From positions 1 to 64,000 of the forward strand of contig CAWBBV010000023.1 of NCBI GenBank assembly GCA_963787125.1: a stretch of 64,000 nucleotides of DNA, given 5' to 3'. This DNA comes from an uncultured delta proteobacterium (GTDB lineage: Bacteria > Desulfobacterota > Desulfuromonadia > Geobacterales > DSM-12255). Each line of letters starts with the position of its first letter. The stretch's first letter is position 1. Shown one piece after another: positions 20,085 to 31,810 of this stretch. A model generated the notes under the pieces. It worked only from the letters and a program-made list of their open reading frames with translations. It was not told where the DNA came from and made no database searches. The position numbers were made by a program, and so were the translations under genes.

Positions 20085-23000
20085 CTACCATTTGATAAGT
20101 CCAACATTTCTCCGCAGTAACACGAGCACATCTCTAAAATCTATTGTTCTGTCTGGGTGCGGTACACCATCTACTAGCGGAGCCGTATCTGCATGATCTA
20201 ATTCTGCTGCAGTTGCCGGTCTTTCTCCCATGGCAATTTTAAGCGCAATAAGTATGTCCTTGAGTGTAATTACGCCGTCGCCTTTTGTATCTGGGTCAAT
20301 AATCCCGTCAGGTGCAAATTCGGCTGCAATAGTATGGTTGGCAACAATATTTCCAAAGGGATAGCTTTTTAACGATCCAACTACATCACGATCAAGTGGC
20401 ACACCATCAACTTTGAGCTCGCGGACAACATAGCCGGAGTTTGGAGTTATTGTGTAAGTCTTGGACGTTCCATAGTTTACAGTAGAAGCCCCGACAGGGT
20501 TTATCGCGCCGTTGCTTCCGGCTGTTGCCGTGATGGTGAAGGTAACTGTGCTGACGGTGATAGTCTGGGTTGCCTGAGCCGCCGCAGAGTAGTTGCCATT
20601 GCCGGGTTGATCAGCAGCAATCGTGCAGGTGCCGGCACTTGTGGCAGTAACTGTAGCGCTGCTGACGGTGCAGACAGCAGGAGTCAGTGAGGTGAAGGCT
20701 ATCGGCAGTCCGGACGAGGCCGTTGCAATGACTGTGGCAGGTGCGCCACCAAAAGCGAGGGCGGGGGGGGCGCCTAAAGTAATGGTCTGGCTGGCCGCAG
20801 CAATGGTCATTGTTGCCGAAGAGCTGCCAGAGTAATTGGGGTCGGTAATCGTAGCTACAACTGCGTAAGTTCCGCCGGCGGTCGGAGGTGTTGCGCCACC
20901 GTTGTAGGTAATGCTGACAGCAATTCCTGGTGGATTAGTAACTGCCGTAACAACTCTGACAGTGCCATCATATATTTGTGCCAAGCCGCTTAGAGTAATT
21001 GTGGCAGTTGCTGCAGTGACGGGGGCACTTTGTGTTGCCTGGGGGGCTGCCAGATAATTTGTGTCACCGGCCTGATTGGCGGCAACGGTACAGCTGCCGA
21101 CAGTTACCGGGGTAACGGTAACGCCGCTGACCGTGCAGACAGCCGGGGTCAGTGACGAGAAAATTACCGGAAGTCCGGAAGACGCATTAGCCGAGACAGC
21201 GGCCGGTAATCCGCCAATCGAGAGAGCAGGCGCTGTGCCGAAGGTGATTGTCTGAGTGGCCGCAGCAATGGTCATTGTTGCTGAAGAGCTGCCAGAGTAG
21301 TTGGGGTCTGTAATGGTAGCGACAACAGCATAAGTCCCGACCGCAGTGGGTAATGTTGTACTGCCGTTGTAGGTGCTGCCTAGAGCAATGCCTAAAGGAG
21401 TTGTTAGCGCCGTAACTGCCTTGGGTGTGCCGTTATAGGTATGAGTCAGCGCGCTCAGGGTAATGGTTGCAGACGCCTGTGTAACCGTCAGAGTATCAAC
21501 CATATCAACGGCTGCGCCATAAGTGCTGTCGCCGGGTTGGGACATTCTGACCTTGATTGCGCCTGCGCCGCTTATAGTCAGGATGTTGCCACTGATACTG
21601 CCCGGTCCGCTGTCAATAGTATACGTTACCGGCAGAGTTGATGAGGCGGTAGCCGTGAGTGTTAGCGGTGCCGCACCGTATGTAACTGTGCCAAGAGGTG
21701 TAAATGAAATGCTCTGGGTGAGTCCGCCGGTACCGGTAAGCGGTATGCCGAGAGTCGCGCTGTCAGGGTCGTTGGAGGGGATGTTGATGGTTGCGCTGTA
21801 TGCCCCGTTGGCTGTTGGGGCAAACGATGCCTGAACAGTGCAGTAGCCTGAAGGTGACACTGTTTTACCGGAGCATCTGTCATTGATCAGGGCAAATGCC
21901 GTTCCGCTGATAGAAACTGCTCCCATCACCAGATCAGCCGTGCCGACATTGTTTATCTGGAAGGTTTTGGTAGTGGTCGAGCTGACCGGTATACTGCCAA
22001 AACCCTTTCTGACGGTGTTAAGCATTATGCTTGGCCCTGTTCCAAGGGCTGCGCTGATTGCAGGAGTGTCAAGGGGGGCGGTAACCGAAACTGTGTCGGC
22101 AGAAGTGAAGTCCCCCTTGTTAATATTCCACTGCTGGGCATTATAGCCGGGTTTATAGAACTCAACCTTGTATGAGTCGGTTGGAATCCCCTTGATACTG
22201 TACTTGCCTGATGCGTCGGAAAGTGCATTGCCAAAATAGCCGCCGTTTAGATCAAAAACCCTCGCTTGCGCGCCGCTTAGCGGGCTACCAGCGGCGGTAA
22301 TCGTCCCTGAGATGCTCCCCATGTTTTTTGCCAGCACTGCATTTAAGCCACTAACAGCATATGCTGAAGAGATTACAATTGGCGTCCCTTGGCTGAAATA
22401 GTGGGCGTTTATATTCGGGTTTGAGTAGACCTGAATCTCGTAACCGGTGGCAACATAACTTGGTGTGCCGCTACCGTTTGGCCGCTCCTGGAAACGGAGC
22501 TTGTAGCTGCCATCCGCCACACCTTGGATGATATAGTCACCGTTTGCATCGGTTGTTGCTGTCGCAGCCTGCTCATCAAATGCGTCGTAGAGATTAACGT
22601 TAATCCCTGGGACTCCGCTTGTTCCGTCTGTCAATCGACCGGAGATTGATCCCCCCAAGGGTAGGGTGGCGTTAACATTGTTTGTCGTTGAAGCTGCTAC
22701 TACTGAAATGCTGTCGGCAGTTGAGGCTGAGAGCTGGTTATAATTCCAGTTGGTTATATAGTTATTTGTCTTGTTGGCACTCGTGTTGAAACGGACAGTG
22801 TAGCCGCCGGGAGCAAGGCCATTGATTGTGTAGTTTCCAGTTGCATTGGTTGTTGCGCCAAAGCTGAGGTTGTTACTGTTGTAAGCCGTGACCTGAATCC
22901 CGCCAAGGGGCAGGCTGCCAGCATCGGTTACGGTTCCGCTGATAGAACCGCCAAGCGCCATCACAGCATTTATCCCGGATGTTGTTGCTCCTCCTGTGAC

Positions 23001-26000
23001 AGTGACAGGAGGAGAGGTAGTGGAGACAGGCTGGTTGTCGTACCACTGGGGAGCGTAGGACAGGCCGCTGAAGCGGATCTTGTAGGTCCCAGGTGCAAGC
23101 CCAGGGATTGTATAAATGCCGCTTGTGTCAGTAACCGTTGCATAGCCTGAAGCAAGACCTGTTACAGGATCGAACAGATTTGCCGTTACCTGGATGCCGG
23201 CGAGGGGCAGGCTGCCTGAGTCAGTCACCATGCCGGAGATCGAACCTGCAAGGGCAAGGGTAATATCTATGTTGGCTGTTGTGATCCCGGCATTCACTGT
23301 GACAACATCTGCCGCAGCAGCGCTATTCCTGCTGTTGTACCACTGTGAAACATAACCTGGGTTGGTAATGTTCAGTTTATAGCTGCCAGGAGGAAGATTG
23401 TTGATTACATAGTATCCGCTAGGATCAGCCATGAAATTGCCAAAGTTTGAAACTCCATCAGCGCCGTAAACAGAGACGCTTGCATAGGGAATAGCTATGC
23501 TTGATGAGTCCCTGACAGTGCCGGTTATGGATATTGTCGGGTTAGTCGGTGTAAAGCTGCTGTTGATAGAAGCTTTGTTACCGTTTTGATCATTTACGCT
23601 TACTCCATAGTTGTACGTATTATTAAGGATCAGTGGCTGTGCTGTCTGGCCGATGGCGCCGTAGAAAACCGATGTAAAGCTGCTCGGTATGTCCCATGAC
23701 TCCCATAAATTGCTGTAACTGGCGTTGTTCACCCATATGCTGTATTTGTACGATGAAGGGGGCGTCAGAGGCGCGCTCCAGCTGAAAACAGGGACAGTTG
23801 AAGTTGGCGATGAAATGCTTACATTTGTCGGGAAACTGTCACTTACACCGGTGACAGCGGCTGTTATGGCACTATCCACCGTGCCATCGTCATAGGTTAC
23901 TGAGAAGGTATAAGTGTCGCCTACGGTTGGTCTGACCGAACTGTTGGCCCAGAAATGAAAGCTCCAGCCGCTATCACTGCCAAGTCCGATATCCATGGGG
24001 GTTTTGACCTGAAGTGAACCCGGAGCCGATGTCAGGGTCACGCCGACAGGCTTTTTAAGCTCTCCACTCAGATCAGCATCAATGTTGAACCACTCTCCAG
24101 TACCATTAATCTGTTTGCCATGATTGGTAGATATAAATGCCCGTCCATTTCCGGACGCAAGGCTAATTACATTACCAGAGGAACCGGTATTCCCGGTCAG
24201 CACAATATTGGGCGAGTTGCTATCTGAGGAGGTCACATCACCGTTGGCGAACAGTTTGTCGTTGTTCATGTCAATAATTGTGTAGATGATATATGAGCCG
24301 TCGGGAACACCGGTAACGGTAAATGGATTTGATGCTGTAGGGGATGCAATTTTTGTGTAGTAAACACCTGCAGCACCTTTGCTCATCGGGTTTACGACCG
24401 CCACATAGAGCGGGCCGGTCGGTGTGACACCACTGTAGTTAACAGTGCCGGAAACAGTGTTGGCGCCGCTTGGCGCTCCTACGGTAATCGGGCCGAAAAC
24501 TGCTGAAGCAGTACCCTCAATGCCGCCTGATTTGGAAACTGCCACAAAGTAGAGGACGCTGCCATTGGTGAGACCGTCAATGACTGCCGGTGAATCAGCG
24601 CCAGCCGGGACATTGAGTCTCTTGCCACTGAAAGATGTTTTACTGACAGCAGCTGTTGTCCCCCAGTAGATGTCGTAGGCGTCGGCGGATTCAATGCCGT
24701 TGTTCCTTGATTTATCCCAGCCTATCAGGACGGAGGCATCACCTGGTGAAGCCGACAGATTTGTCGGTGCAGGCGGGGGAATAGGCGCTGGATCGGTTAA
24801 TGTGATATTAAGCCCGGTAATGTCGCCTGTGGTTAGAGTTGTGACAGCGCTGCCATCAGGTGACATCTGCACCTGTGTGCCGAGATTGAGGTAATCCATG
24901 AAGGCATTGACGGTGTAACTTCCGCTCGGCACACCGCGGATGGTGAAGTTTTTTTCTGTCGGCCAGTTTATGGAAGTCCCAAGCCTTCCGTTGCCGGTCT
25001 GCACGGTGATGTAAATGCGCCCCGTTTTTGTGCCGCCATAGCTGATGGAGCCGGAGATGACAGGTGGTGAAAACGGGTAAGAATTCGGGTTGTTGTCGTT
25101 CGGGTCAATGTTGGAGGCGTAGCCATCGCCATCGGCATCGGTCAGGGTGGAGTAGTCGAAACCAGTCCCCTGATAACCGACATAGGCAGATCTGCTACGA
25201 TTATTATAGGTCGTATTGTTGCTTCCATCCATGACCTGGATTCTCATGATTGCCGAAACCCAGGTGCCTATATAAACAGCCGGTATGACAACCGATGATT
25301 GGGTGACAATGGTGCCTATTTGGTGAGTTATTGGCGATTGCGGGATGTTGATTGTATCCGGCCAACCTTTGTTTCCTGTGTCGAAATTTTCAAAGAGCTG
25401 GAAATTATACCAGAGGGGGATGTCACTACGAACAGGAGCCCATGAAATGCGGGCATCGCCGTTAGGATCTGATGTTACCTTGATTGTTCTGAAATCCACA
25501 ACCGGCAAGGGGTGGGGAGTGGTCAGGTAGTTATGGCGAACAGCGCTCTTGCCGTTACTGTCGGTAACTGTGAATGTGTAAAGACCGCTTGGCAGAGGAG
25601 TTTTTTCAATAATGAAATAATTTGAAACTGATGAGTCAAACTTCCCTTGTGTGAGGAGATTGCGGCTGTAGCCGTTTGGCCCGTTAACCCGGAGTTCAGT
25701 GACAGTTGAGCCGGAAGCGTTTCCGTTCATCCAGATACGGGTTGTCTGGGAGAGGTTTGAATTGACATCGTTGGTAATTCCGTAGCCGTTGATAACAGGT
25801 CTGGTGGCGTCATATGCCTGAAGCGGGAAGGGAGATGCTGTAAATGCACCATTTATACGGTTGCGGCTGGTTATCGCGGCAGAGCTGTCATAAACCTCGA
25901 CCCGCCATTTTTTAGTAGTCAGGCTGCCCAGAGCTGTTTTTGATATGTCAACAAAGGTCTGATTTAGCCGGCTGGAGTTAATGTATTGTCCTGTGACACT

Positions 26001-29000
26001 GTCCTGAACCTGAACACGATAGTAGAGAGCGCCGTTATTGTTTACGTCAGCCCAGCTGAAGCGGATATTGCCATTGCCAAGGTCTTCGGCCTGATAGGTG
26101 GTGACGTCCGGCAGCGCATAGGCAACCGCTGTTGTGAGGCTGTTATAGGCAATGTGTTCAATGCCATTGGCAAAGATATGGAAGGTGTAAAGCCCAGGCT
26201 GTGGAGGTGTTGGCACAAAATTGCTGCTTTTGAAAAAGTCAGTTCCGTTCATTAGGTCACCTTGATTTCCGGTCACTGGCATAACAAAATCGTACCTGAA
26301 TCCATTGGGACCAAAGACATATGCGGATGTTACTTTCGGTGGATCTGTACTGTTTCCAAAGCCGTAACCTAAAGAGTAGAGTTGTGAACCATCAGCTTCA
26401 AAACGGTTATAGACATTCGTCCAGCTTAGGAGCAGACGGTTTGCATTGTAATCAGCCGCTTGCGGGGTGAAGTTTATAAATGCTGAATTTGAGCGGTTAA
26501 AGACCAGCTCAATGTTAGGCGCATCATTAACCTCAACCCTGACCTGGTAAAGTGTTCCGTCAACCAGTGTAGCAAGCGGAATATCCTCATAACCGTTCAT
26601 GGATCTGCTGCCAAGGTAGACAGGAGTCCCATCGGTCTTCTGTATTCTGACCCGGTAATAGTAGGTGACAGTGTCATTGACCGGCGCCCAGGTGACGCGA
26701 TAGGAGCCGTCTGCCTTGCGCTGGGTCTGGATGGTGGTGCTGTCGACAATGGGGAGTGCTGGCAGTGCAGCGACATGATTGTCAACCCTGGCAGTTACAT
26801 GTCCTTGACCGTCATTGAGGGTAAAAGTGTAAACTCCTGAAGCGAGTGGCGCTGTCGAGTCGTACTGTTTTAAAAAAGCTGTTGCCGAGGGGAGATACGG
26901 GTTTTTGTCAGCATCGGTAAATGTGTAGGTAAATCCGTTTGGTCCGGTGACAGTTGCTGTCATTGTGGCAAGGGAGGAGGCATTTACAATCCCGATATCA
27001 AGCATATCCCATTGAGTGCCGTCAGACTTTGTAACATGGTAGACAGCGCCCCAGGAGAGAGCCGGGAATACCGGTGGTGGCTGCACAACAAGATGATAGG
27101 TCTGGGTGTTGGTTAGAGCCGCCGGGGAGGTAGTGCTGTCAGTCACCCTTATTTCAAAGGGGAAATCACCGGTTGTCGGTGGTGTGCCAGAGAGGAGTCC
27201 GGTTGCTGGGTTAAGGCTTAGCCAGGCTGGAGGTGTAGTTGTGCTGGTAAAAGCATAACTGTATGGCGGTGTTCCGCCAGCAACAATAATTGCCTGGTTG
27301 TATGCCGTTCCTGCCGTTGCCGGTGGCAGCATCACTGTTGTCATGTATGGTGGCGAAAGGGGGTTGGCCATGACGTCGATACTGAGTGGCTGTGATACGG
27401 TCTGCATAGTAGCCGAAGAGTCTGAAACCTGGACGGTAAAAGAATAGAGCCCTGTTGAAGTCGGCGCACCGGTAACTGTATGGCGCGAAGCATCAAACTG
27501 CATATTAGACGGCAGAGTCCCGCTGATTATGCTCCATGTGTAGGGAGCTTTTCCGCCGGTAAACTGGATCGTCTGGTCATATGCTGAGTACTGGGTTGCG
27601 TTGGACAGCGATGTTGTTGTTATGGAGAGCGGCGCAGCAGCAACTGTTATGCTGTAGGCAATGTTAGAGGAGAAAGGTGTGATGGTGTTATTGTCTGCAA
27701 CATGCAGAGTAAAGCTGTAGCTCCCTGCTGTTGACGGGATACCGGAGATTTCGCCTGTTGACGGGATCAGGACAAGCCCTGGCGGGAGCTGTCCTGAAGC
27801 GATATTCCATGTATAGAAGCCGTTGCCACCGCTCACTACCGTTAGCGGTTGATAGTATGAAATCCCTTGTGTCGCAGGCGTCAGGGTTGGTCCGGGAGGA
27901 TTGAAAACGCCAGTCCCCGGGAAGGAGAAACTTGTATAGTTTGCCGAAAAATTCCTGTTGGGGTCAACTATTGCAATTCCCCAGTTGTAGGTTTTGCCGT
28001 TAGTCAATGATGCCTGGGAGGCATTGCTGTCGAAGTTGAAAGTCGCAGAAGTCTGGGTGAGAGGCATGTTGTTTGAGTCCCAGTGGAGCATGCCGTTTTG
28101 CTCATTAAGCTGTAGCTCATAGCTGCTGTTTGCCGGTGGAGTGGCATTGGTAGCGGCTGTCCAGGAGAAGGCAGGGGTGGCGCTGTAAGTAACGCTGCCG
28201 ACAGGCGCGGTTGGTGTGGCCAGGGCAGTTACCACTCCTGTTACCATGCCACTGATTGTTTCAGATGTCAGGTCAGAGTAGCCAACAGTAAACGAATAGG
28301 TATCATTTACCAGCGGGACTATGGTGCCAATCCCTTGATATCCATTGAATCCGCCCCAGTTGCTCAGACCTATGTCGATTGGTGCACCGGCAATATTCGG
28401 CCCACTGTTGAGAGTTACTGTAACCGGTTTTTTCACTCCGTCATATATGTTATAGGAGAGGCCATATGTTTCGCCCAGTCCGTCTTTGCGGTGCTGGGTC
28501 ATGATATGAGCCGATGAGCTTTCGCTCCCTATGGTAACGTCGGCCGTTGTTATGTTGCCGCCACTCACGGTGATAATCGGCGAAGTAAAGTCATTCGCCT
28601 TGTAGTCGCCAGTGTCGATCAAACCGTTACTGTTTGCGTCAATAACAGCAAAAACCTGATACATGCCGTTAGTGACACCGTTTACGGTGAAGCTTTGCGG
28701 TGAAACAGCCGAGGGGATATATGCCGGAAACATCTTGCCGGCCTTGTCGGCTACGGCGATGTAGAGCGGTTTGTTGTTAGCGGCAGCCGGGAAGGTAACT
28801 GTCCCTGAGACAGTGTAGCCGCCGGTCGGAGGACCTACAGTTATCGGGCCGACTACTGTTGAAGGGGCACTGGTCAAAGATCCTGACTTTGCCGTCATCA
28901 TAAAGTAGTAGGTGCCGTTTGTGAGTCCACCTAAAAGCAGGTCGTTGTTATCGCCATTGGCAAGCATGTCGAGCTTTTTGTAAGGGGCTGATGTTGTAAC

Positions 29001-29504
29001 CGTTGGTGAGCTGTCCCAGTAAATACTGAGACTGTCGGCCATTGAACCACTGCCATTATCAGTTGATTTCCAATTGATCAGTGCAACCTGGTCTCCGGGA
29101 AAAACCTGAATTCCTGTCGGCGGGGCAATGGTTGTTAATGGCGCAGGATCCAAGAGGACGACACTCACTCCGGTTACTGAAGTAGTTGAAACGGTAACCA
29201 ATGAGGATAGGCTGAGTTGATCATTGGCCGGGTCGCTTACATGGCGGCTATTGTTACCCTGCGCATCCATGAAAGCTGTTATCAGCCAGGTTCCTGTTGG
29301 AACCCCCTTTATTACGAATGTTCCGGGGCCAGGGATGCTGGTTCCGATAGAGCCAGTTGTGGTATTCATAACCAGATAGACACGGCCGCTTTTGCCGCCG
29401 CTGTAGCTGACTGTACCGGCTACATCGTATGCCTGCGCTGTTGATAAAAACAGGACTCCTGAAAACAGGAGCGACAGCAGAAATCTTAAGCCGAATCTAC
29501 TCAT
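20085..29504 (-). CDS. Giant (~3139 aa) secreted/surface protein: FN3, putative Ig (He_PIG), carboxypeptidase-regulatory-like, ASH-like, MBG-like repeats and C-terminal dockerin-like domain
   Basis: GGAGG RBS before ATG 29504, signal peptide ending AQA, Thr/Ser/Gly-rich beta repeats, [23 protein letters not shown] repeats, duplicated dockerin motif at the C-terminus. Confidence 0.88.
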   Translation of the reverse strand: MSRFGLRFLLSLLFSGVLFLSTAQAYDVAGTVSYSGGKSGRVYLVMNTTTGSIGTSIPGPGTFVIKGVPTGTWLITAFMDAQGNNSRHVSDPANDQLSLSSLVTVSTTSVTGVSVVLLDPAPLTTIAPPTGIQVFPGDQVALINWKSTDNGSGSMADSLSIYWDSSPTVTTSAPYKKLDMLANGDNNDLLLGGLTNGTYYFMMTAKSGSLTSAPSTVVGPITVGPPTGGYTVSGTVTFPAAANNKPLYIAVADKAGKMFPAYIPSAVSPQSFTVNGVTNGMYQVFAVIDANSNGLIDTGDYKANDFTSPIITVSGGNITTADVTIGSESSSAHIMTQHRKDGLGETYGLSYNIYDGVKKPVTVTLNSGPNIAGAPIDIGLSNWGGFNGYQGIGTIVPLVNDTYSFTVGYSDLTSETISGMVTGVVTALATPTAPVGSVTYSATPAFSWTAATNATPPANSSYELQLNEQNGMLHWDSNNMPLTQTSATFNFDSNASQASLTNGKTYNWGIAIVDPNRNFSANYTSFSFPGTGVFNPPGPTLTPATQGISYYQPLTVVSGGNGFYTWNIASGQLPPGLVLIPSTGEISGIPSTAGSYSFTLHVADNNTITPFSSNIAYSITVAAAPLSITTTSLSNATQYSAYDQTIQFTGGKAPYTWSIISGTLPSNMQFDASRHTVTGAPTSTGLYSFTVQVSDSSATMQTVSQPLSIDVMANPLSPPYMTTVMLPPATAGTAYNQAIIVAGGTPPYSYAFTSTTTPPAWLSLNPATGLLSGTPPTTGDFPFEIRVTDSTTSPAALTNTQTYHLVVQPPPVFPALSWGAVYHVTKSDGTQWDMLDIGIVNASSLATMTATVTGPNGFTYTFTDADKNPYLPSATAFLKQYDSTAPLASGVYTFTLNDGQGHVTARVDNHVAALPALPIVDSTTIQTQRKADGSYRVTWAPVNDTVTYYYRVRIQKTDGTPVYLGSRSMNGYEDIPLATLVDGTLYQVRVEVNDAPNIELVFNRSNSAFINFTPQAADYNANRLLLSWTNVYNRFEADGSQLYSLGYGFGNSTDPPKVTSAYVFGPNGFRYDFVMPVTGNQGDLMNGTDFFKSSNFVPTPPQPGLYTFHIFANGIEHIAYNSLTTAVAYALPDVTTYQAEDLGNGNIRFSWADVNNNGALYYRVQVQDSVTGQYINSSRLNQTFVDISKTALGSLTTKKWRVEVYDSSAAITSRNRINGAFTASPFPLQAYDATRPVINGYGITNDVNSNLSQTTRIWMNGNASGSTVTELRVNGPNGYSRNLLTQGKFDSSVSNYFIIEKTPLPSGLYTFTVTDSNGKSAVRHNYLTTPHPLPVVDFRTIKVTSDPNGDARISWAPVRSDIPLWYNFQLFENFDTGNKGWPDTINIPQSPITHQIGTIVTQSSVVIPAVYIGTWVSAIMRIQVMDGSNNTTYNNRSRSAYVGYQGTGFDYSTLTDADGDGYASNIDPNDNNPNSYPFSPPVISGSISYGGTKTGRIYITVQTGNGRLGTSINWPTEKNFTIRGVPSGSYTVNAFMDYLNLGTQVQMSPDGSAVTTLTTGDITGLNITLTDPAPIPPPAPTNLSASPGDASVLIGWDKSRNNGIESADAYDIYWGTTAAVSKTSFSGKRLNVPAGADSPAVIDGLTNGSVLYFVAVSKSGGIEGTASAVFGPITVGAPSGANTVSGTVNYSGVTPTGPLYVAVVNPMSKGAAGVYYTKIASPTASNPFTVTGVPDGSYIIYTIIDMNNDKLFANGDVTSSDSNSPNIVLTGNTGSSGNVISLASGNGRAFISTNHGKQINGTGEWFNIDADLSGELKKPVGVTLTSAPGSLQVKTPMDIGLGSDSGWSFHFWANSSVRPTVGDTYTFSVTYDDGTVDSAITAAVTGVSDSFPTNVSISSPTSTVPVFSWSAPLTPPSSYKYSIWVNNASYSNLWESWDIPSSFTSVFYGAIGQTAQPLILNNTYNYGVSVNDQNGNKASINSSFTPTNPTISITGTVRDSSSIAIPYASVSVYGADGVSNFGNFMADPSGYYVINNLPPGSYKLNITNPGYVSQWYNSRNSAAAADVVTVNAGITTANIDITLALAGSISGMVTDSGSLPLAGIQVTANLFDPVTGLASGYATVTDTSGIYTIPGLAPGTYKIRFSGLSYAPQWYDNQPVSTTSPPVTVTGGATTSGINAVMALGGSISGTVTDAGSLPLGGIQVTAYNSNNLSFGATTNATGNYTINGLAPGGYTVRFNTSANKTNNYITNWNYNQLSASTADSISVVAASTTNNVNATLPLGGSISGRLTDGTSGVPGINVNLYDAFDEQAATATTDANGDYIIQGVADGSYKLRFQERPNGSGTPSYVATGYEIQVYSNPNINAHYFSQGTPIVISSAYAVSGLNAVLAKNMGSISGTITAAGSPLSGAQARVFDLNGGYFGNALSDASGKYSIKGIPTDSYKVEFYKPGYNAQQWNINKGDFTSADTVSVTAPLDTPAISAALGTGPSIMLNTVRKGFGSIPVSSTTTKTFQINNVGTADLVMGAVSISGTAFALINDRCSGKTVSPSGYCTVQASFAPTANGAYSATINIPSNDPDSATLGIPLTGTGGLTQSISFTPLGTVTYGAAPLTLTATASSTLPVTYTIDSGPGSISGNILTISGAGAIKVRMSQPGDSTYGAAVDMVDTLTVTQASATITLSALTHTYNGTPKAVTALTTPLGIALGSTYNGSTTLPTAVGTYAVVATITDPNYSGSSSATMTIAAATQTITFGTAPALSIGGLPAAVSANASSGLPVIFSSLTPAVCTVSGVTVTPVTVGSCTVAANQAGDTNYLAAPQATQSAPVTAATATITLSGLAQIYDGTVRVVTAVTNPPGIAVSITYNGGATPPTAGGTYAVVATITDPNYSGSSSATMTIAAASQTITLGAPPALAFGGAPATVIATASSGLPIAFTSLTPAVCTVSSATVTATSAGTCTIAADQPGNGNYSAAAQATQTITVSTVTFTITATAGSNGAINPVGASTVNYGTSKTYTITPNSGYVVRELKVDGVPLDRDVVGSLKSYPFGNIVANHTIAAEFAPDGIIDPDTKGDGVITLKDILIALKIAMGERPATAAELDHADTAPLVDGVPHPDRTIDFRDVLVLLRRNVGLIKW

Positions 29505-29759
29505 GGTAATTCCTCCCAAATGTACAATAAAAATTAAGCTAAAACAGGATCAACGTACAACTGCGTCCATGAAAAGTTGCATTCAAGACTGCTTGATTAT
29601 AGGTTTTCTTGTGAGCCAAGAGTGTCAGTGTTACGAAATGGAGTACTGGGCTATCTGTCGTGGATATTTGGGAATATATATTTAAACATGCTGAAGGTCA
29701 AATCAAATAGAACAAAGTTGTATTAATGAGGGGCATGGTTGCGGTGGCGGTGCAGCAAG

Positions 29760-29787
29760 AAAAAAACCCGCATGAATGCGGGTTTTG
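29760..29787. terminator. Intrinsic terminator downstream of leuD
   Basis: AAAACCCGCAT-GA-ATGCGGGTTTT hairpin; A-run gives U tail on minus strand. Confidence 0.75.
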
Positions 29788-29811
29788 ATAAGTCAGGAGA
29801 GTTAATCAGGA

Positions 29812-30339
29812 TCAGTATCTACTGTCGGCAAAATCCACCCAGCCGCCTGCCGTGACAAGTGCTTTGTCAAACGGTGAGATGCTGAAGTTGAAAACCTTGG
29901 AGTTGGCGCCGCTGGTCACGGTTAATTTCTCGGTATCCATGTCGACATTTATGGTTACGTCGCTTTCGTCCGCATGGGAAAAAATCTTGTCAAGATCTTC
30001 CTTCGGCAGCTCTATTGCCGCCATGCCGCAGTTAAACATATTCTGGCGAAAGATCCGGGCAAATGACTCGGCTATGACAACATTAATGTCGTTGACTTCA
30101 AAGACCCAGGGGGCGTGCTCGCGGGATGAGCCGCAGCCGAAATTGGCGCGAGAGACTATGACCCGGGCGTCCTTTGTTTTGGCATTTTTTGGGTCAAAGC
30201 CGGCAAGCTTGAGGTCTTCGAGGATATATGGTTTGAGATCAGCCTTGGTTATCTCGGTTAGGTATTTAGCCGGGATGATTTCGTCAGTATTGATATCGCT
30301 CCGGTCAAGAAAAAGGACCGGGCCGCCGAATGTTTTCAT
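29812..30339 (-). CDS. leuD: 3-isopropylmalate dehydratase small subunit
   Basis: DINTDEIIP, NFGCGSSREHA, SFARIFRQN; AAGGAG RBS before ATG 30339. Confidence 0.93.
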   Translation of the reverse strand: MKTFGGPVLFLDRSDINTDEIIPAKYLTEITKADLKPYILEDLKLAGFDPKNAKTKDARVIVSRANFGCGSSREHAPWVFEVNDINVVIAESFARIFRQNMFNCGMAAIELPKEDLDKIFSHADESDVTINVDMDTEKLTVTSGANSKVFNFSISPFDKALVTAGGWVDFADSRY

Positions 30340-30363
30340 GATCAAACTCCTTAAATTTTATTC

Positions 30364-31647
30364 TTACAGATACTTCCTCGGGTCTGCAATCATGCCTTCA
30401 ATAGCCGAAGCGGCACTGGTTGCCGGTGACATGAGGTGCACCATGCCGCCTTTGCCCATTCTACCCATGAAGTTGCGGTTTGTCGTCGAAGCGCAGACTT
30501 CGCCGTCGGCCAGGACACCGTTACTCATGCCGAGACAGGCGCCGCAGGTCGGGTTGGTAACACAAAAACCTGCTTCCATGAAGATGTCAATGAGCCCTTC
30601 TTTGTTGGCAGCCTGGTAGATAGCCGGAGTTGCCGGAGAGAGGATTCCGCGTACACCAGGGGCTAGTTTCTTTCCTTTGAGAATCCGGGCGGCAATGCGG
30701 AGATCTTCGAGACGGCCATTGGTGCAGGAGCCGATGTATATCTGATCCAGTGGCGTTCCGGCAACTTCGCTGACCGCTTTGACCTGGTCGGGTTTGTAGC
30801 CGAATGTGACGGTCGGTTCAAGGTTAGTCACGTCGACGTCGAGCGTGCTGTCATAGACGGCGTCAGGGTCAGAACACCACTGGCTGTAATCTGCCAGGGC
30901 GGCCTCTTTGGAAGGGAAGTCGCTGTTGATAAATTGCCAGAGATAATCAACTGTTGTCATGTCGGGCATGCAGATACCGGATGTACCGCCCGCCTCGATT
31001 GCCATGTTGCAAAGGGTCATGCGCGACTCCATGCTCATTGCGTCGATAGCGGTACCGCGGAATTCCATCACCCGGTCAGTTGCTCCGTTTACGGTCAGTT
31101 TACCGATAATGTGAAGAATGACATCCTTGGCATAGACCCCTTTAGGGAGAGTGCCGTTGACGTTTATCCTGATTGTTTTTGGCTCACGGAAGGCGCAGAC
31201 CCCTTTCAGTATGCCGACTTCCAGGTCAGTTGTGCCTACGCCAGCGGCAAAAGCGCCGAAAGCTCCATGGGTGCAGGTGTGGGAGTCACCCATGATGACG
31301 GTGTACCCGGGGCGAATAAAGCCTTTTTCAGGGAAAAGAGCATGGCAGACGCCGTTGGCGCCGATGTCGAAGAAGTCTTTAATCCCGTGGCGATGCGCCC
31401 AGTCGCGCAGTATCTTGGCCTGTGTTGCTGTCTTGGTATCCTTGCTGGGGGTTACATGGTCGACAACAGCCTTGATTTTGCCGGTATCGAAAACCCGGTC
31501 TTTGCCTCTTGCCATCAGGTCGTCAATGGCAATCGGCGTTGTGATCTCATGGCACATGACAACATCCAGCCTCAGAACCTTTGTGCCTGGAAACGGTTCA
31601 TCGACAAGGCGTGATTCAAATATCTTTTCGGCGGTGGTTTTGCCCAT
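30364..31647 (-). CDS. leuC: 3-isopropylmalate dehydratase large subunit
   Basis: DSHTCTHGA, IGSCTNGRLED, CGACLG, STTNRNF. Confidence 0.94.
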   Translation of the reverse strand: MGKTTAEKIFESRLVDEPFPGTKVLRLDVVMCHEITTPIAIDDLMARGKDRVFDTGKIKAVVDHVTPSKDTKTATQAKILRDWAHRHGIKDFFDIGANGVCHALFPEKGFIRPGYTVIMGDSHTCTHGAFGAFAAGVGTTDLEVGILKGVCAFREPKTIRINVNGTLPKGVYAKDVILHIIGKLTVNGATDRVMEFRGTAIDAMSMESRMTLCNMAIEAGGTSGICMPDMTTVDYLWQFINSDFPSKEAALADYSQWCSDPDAVYDSTLDVDVTNLEPTVTFGYKPDQVKAVSEVAGTPLDQIYIGSCTNGRLEDLRIAARILKGKKLAPGVRGILSPATPAIYQAANKEGLIDIFMEAGFCVTNPTCGACLGMSNGVLADGEVCASTTNRNFMGRMGKGGMVHLMSPATSAASAIEGMIADPRKYL

Positions 31648-31810
31648 AACTTCTTGTTCCTTTCGTAGGGTGGTTGAATTTCCGTGGTAATGTAACGAAA
31701 ACGGGTGAAAAAGGTCAATTTAATAATTGTTCAATACTGCTTAACAGTTTGCCTGAGAGTCTAATGGAATGCTACAATCGTGAAAATTTTATCAGGAGCA
31801 CCCATTTATA

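Noticed and set aside
20763..20770. G8 tract in the giant gene as a phase-variation site
   Set aside because: Short, in frame and explained by Ala-Pro-Pro-Ala codons
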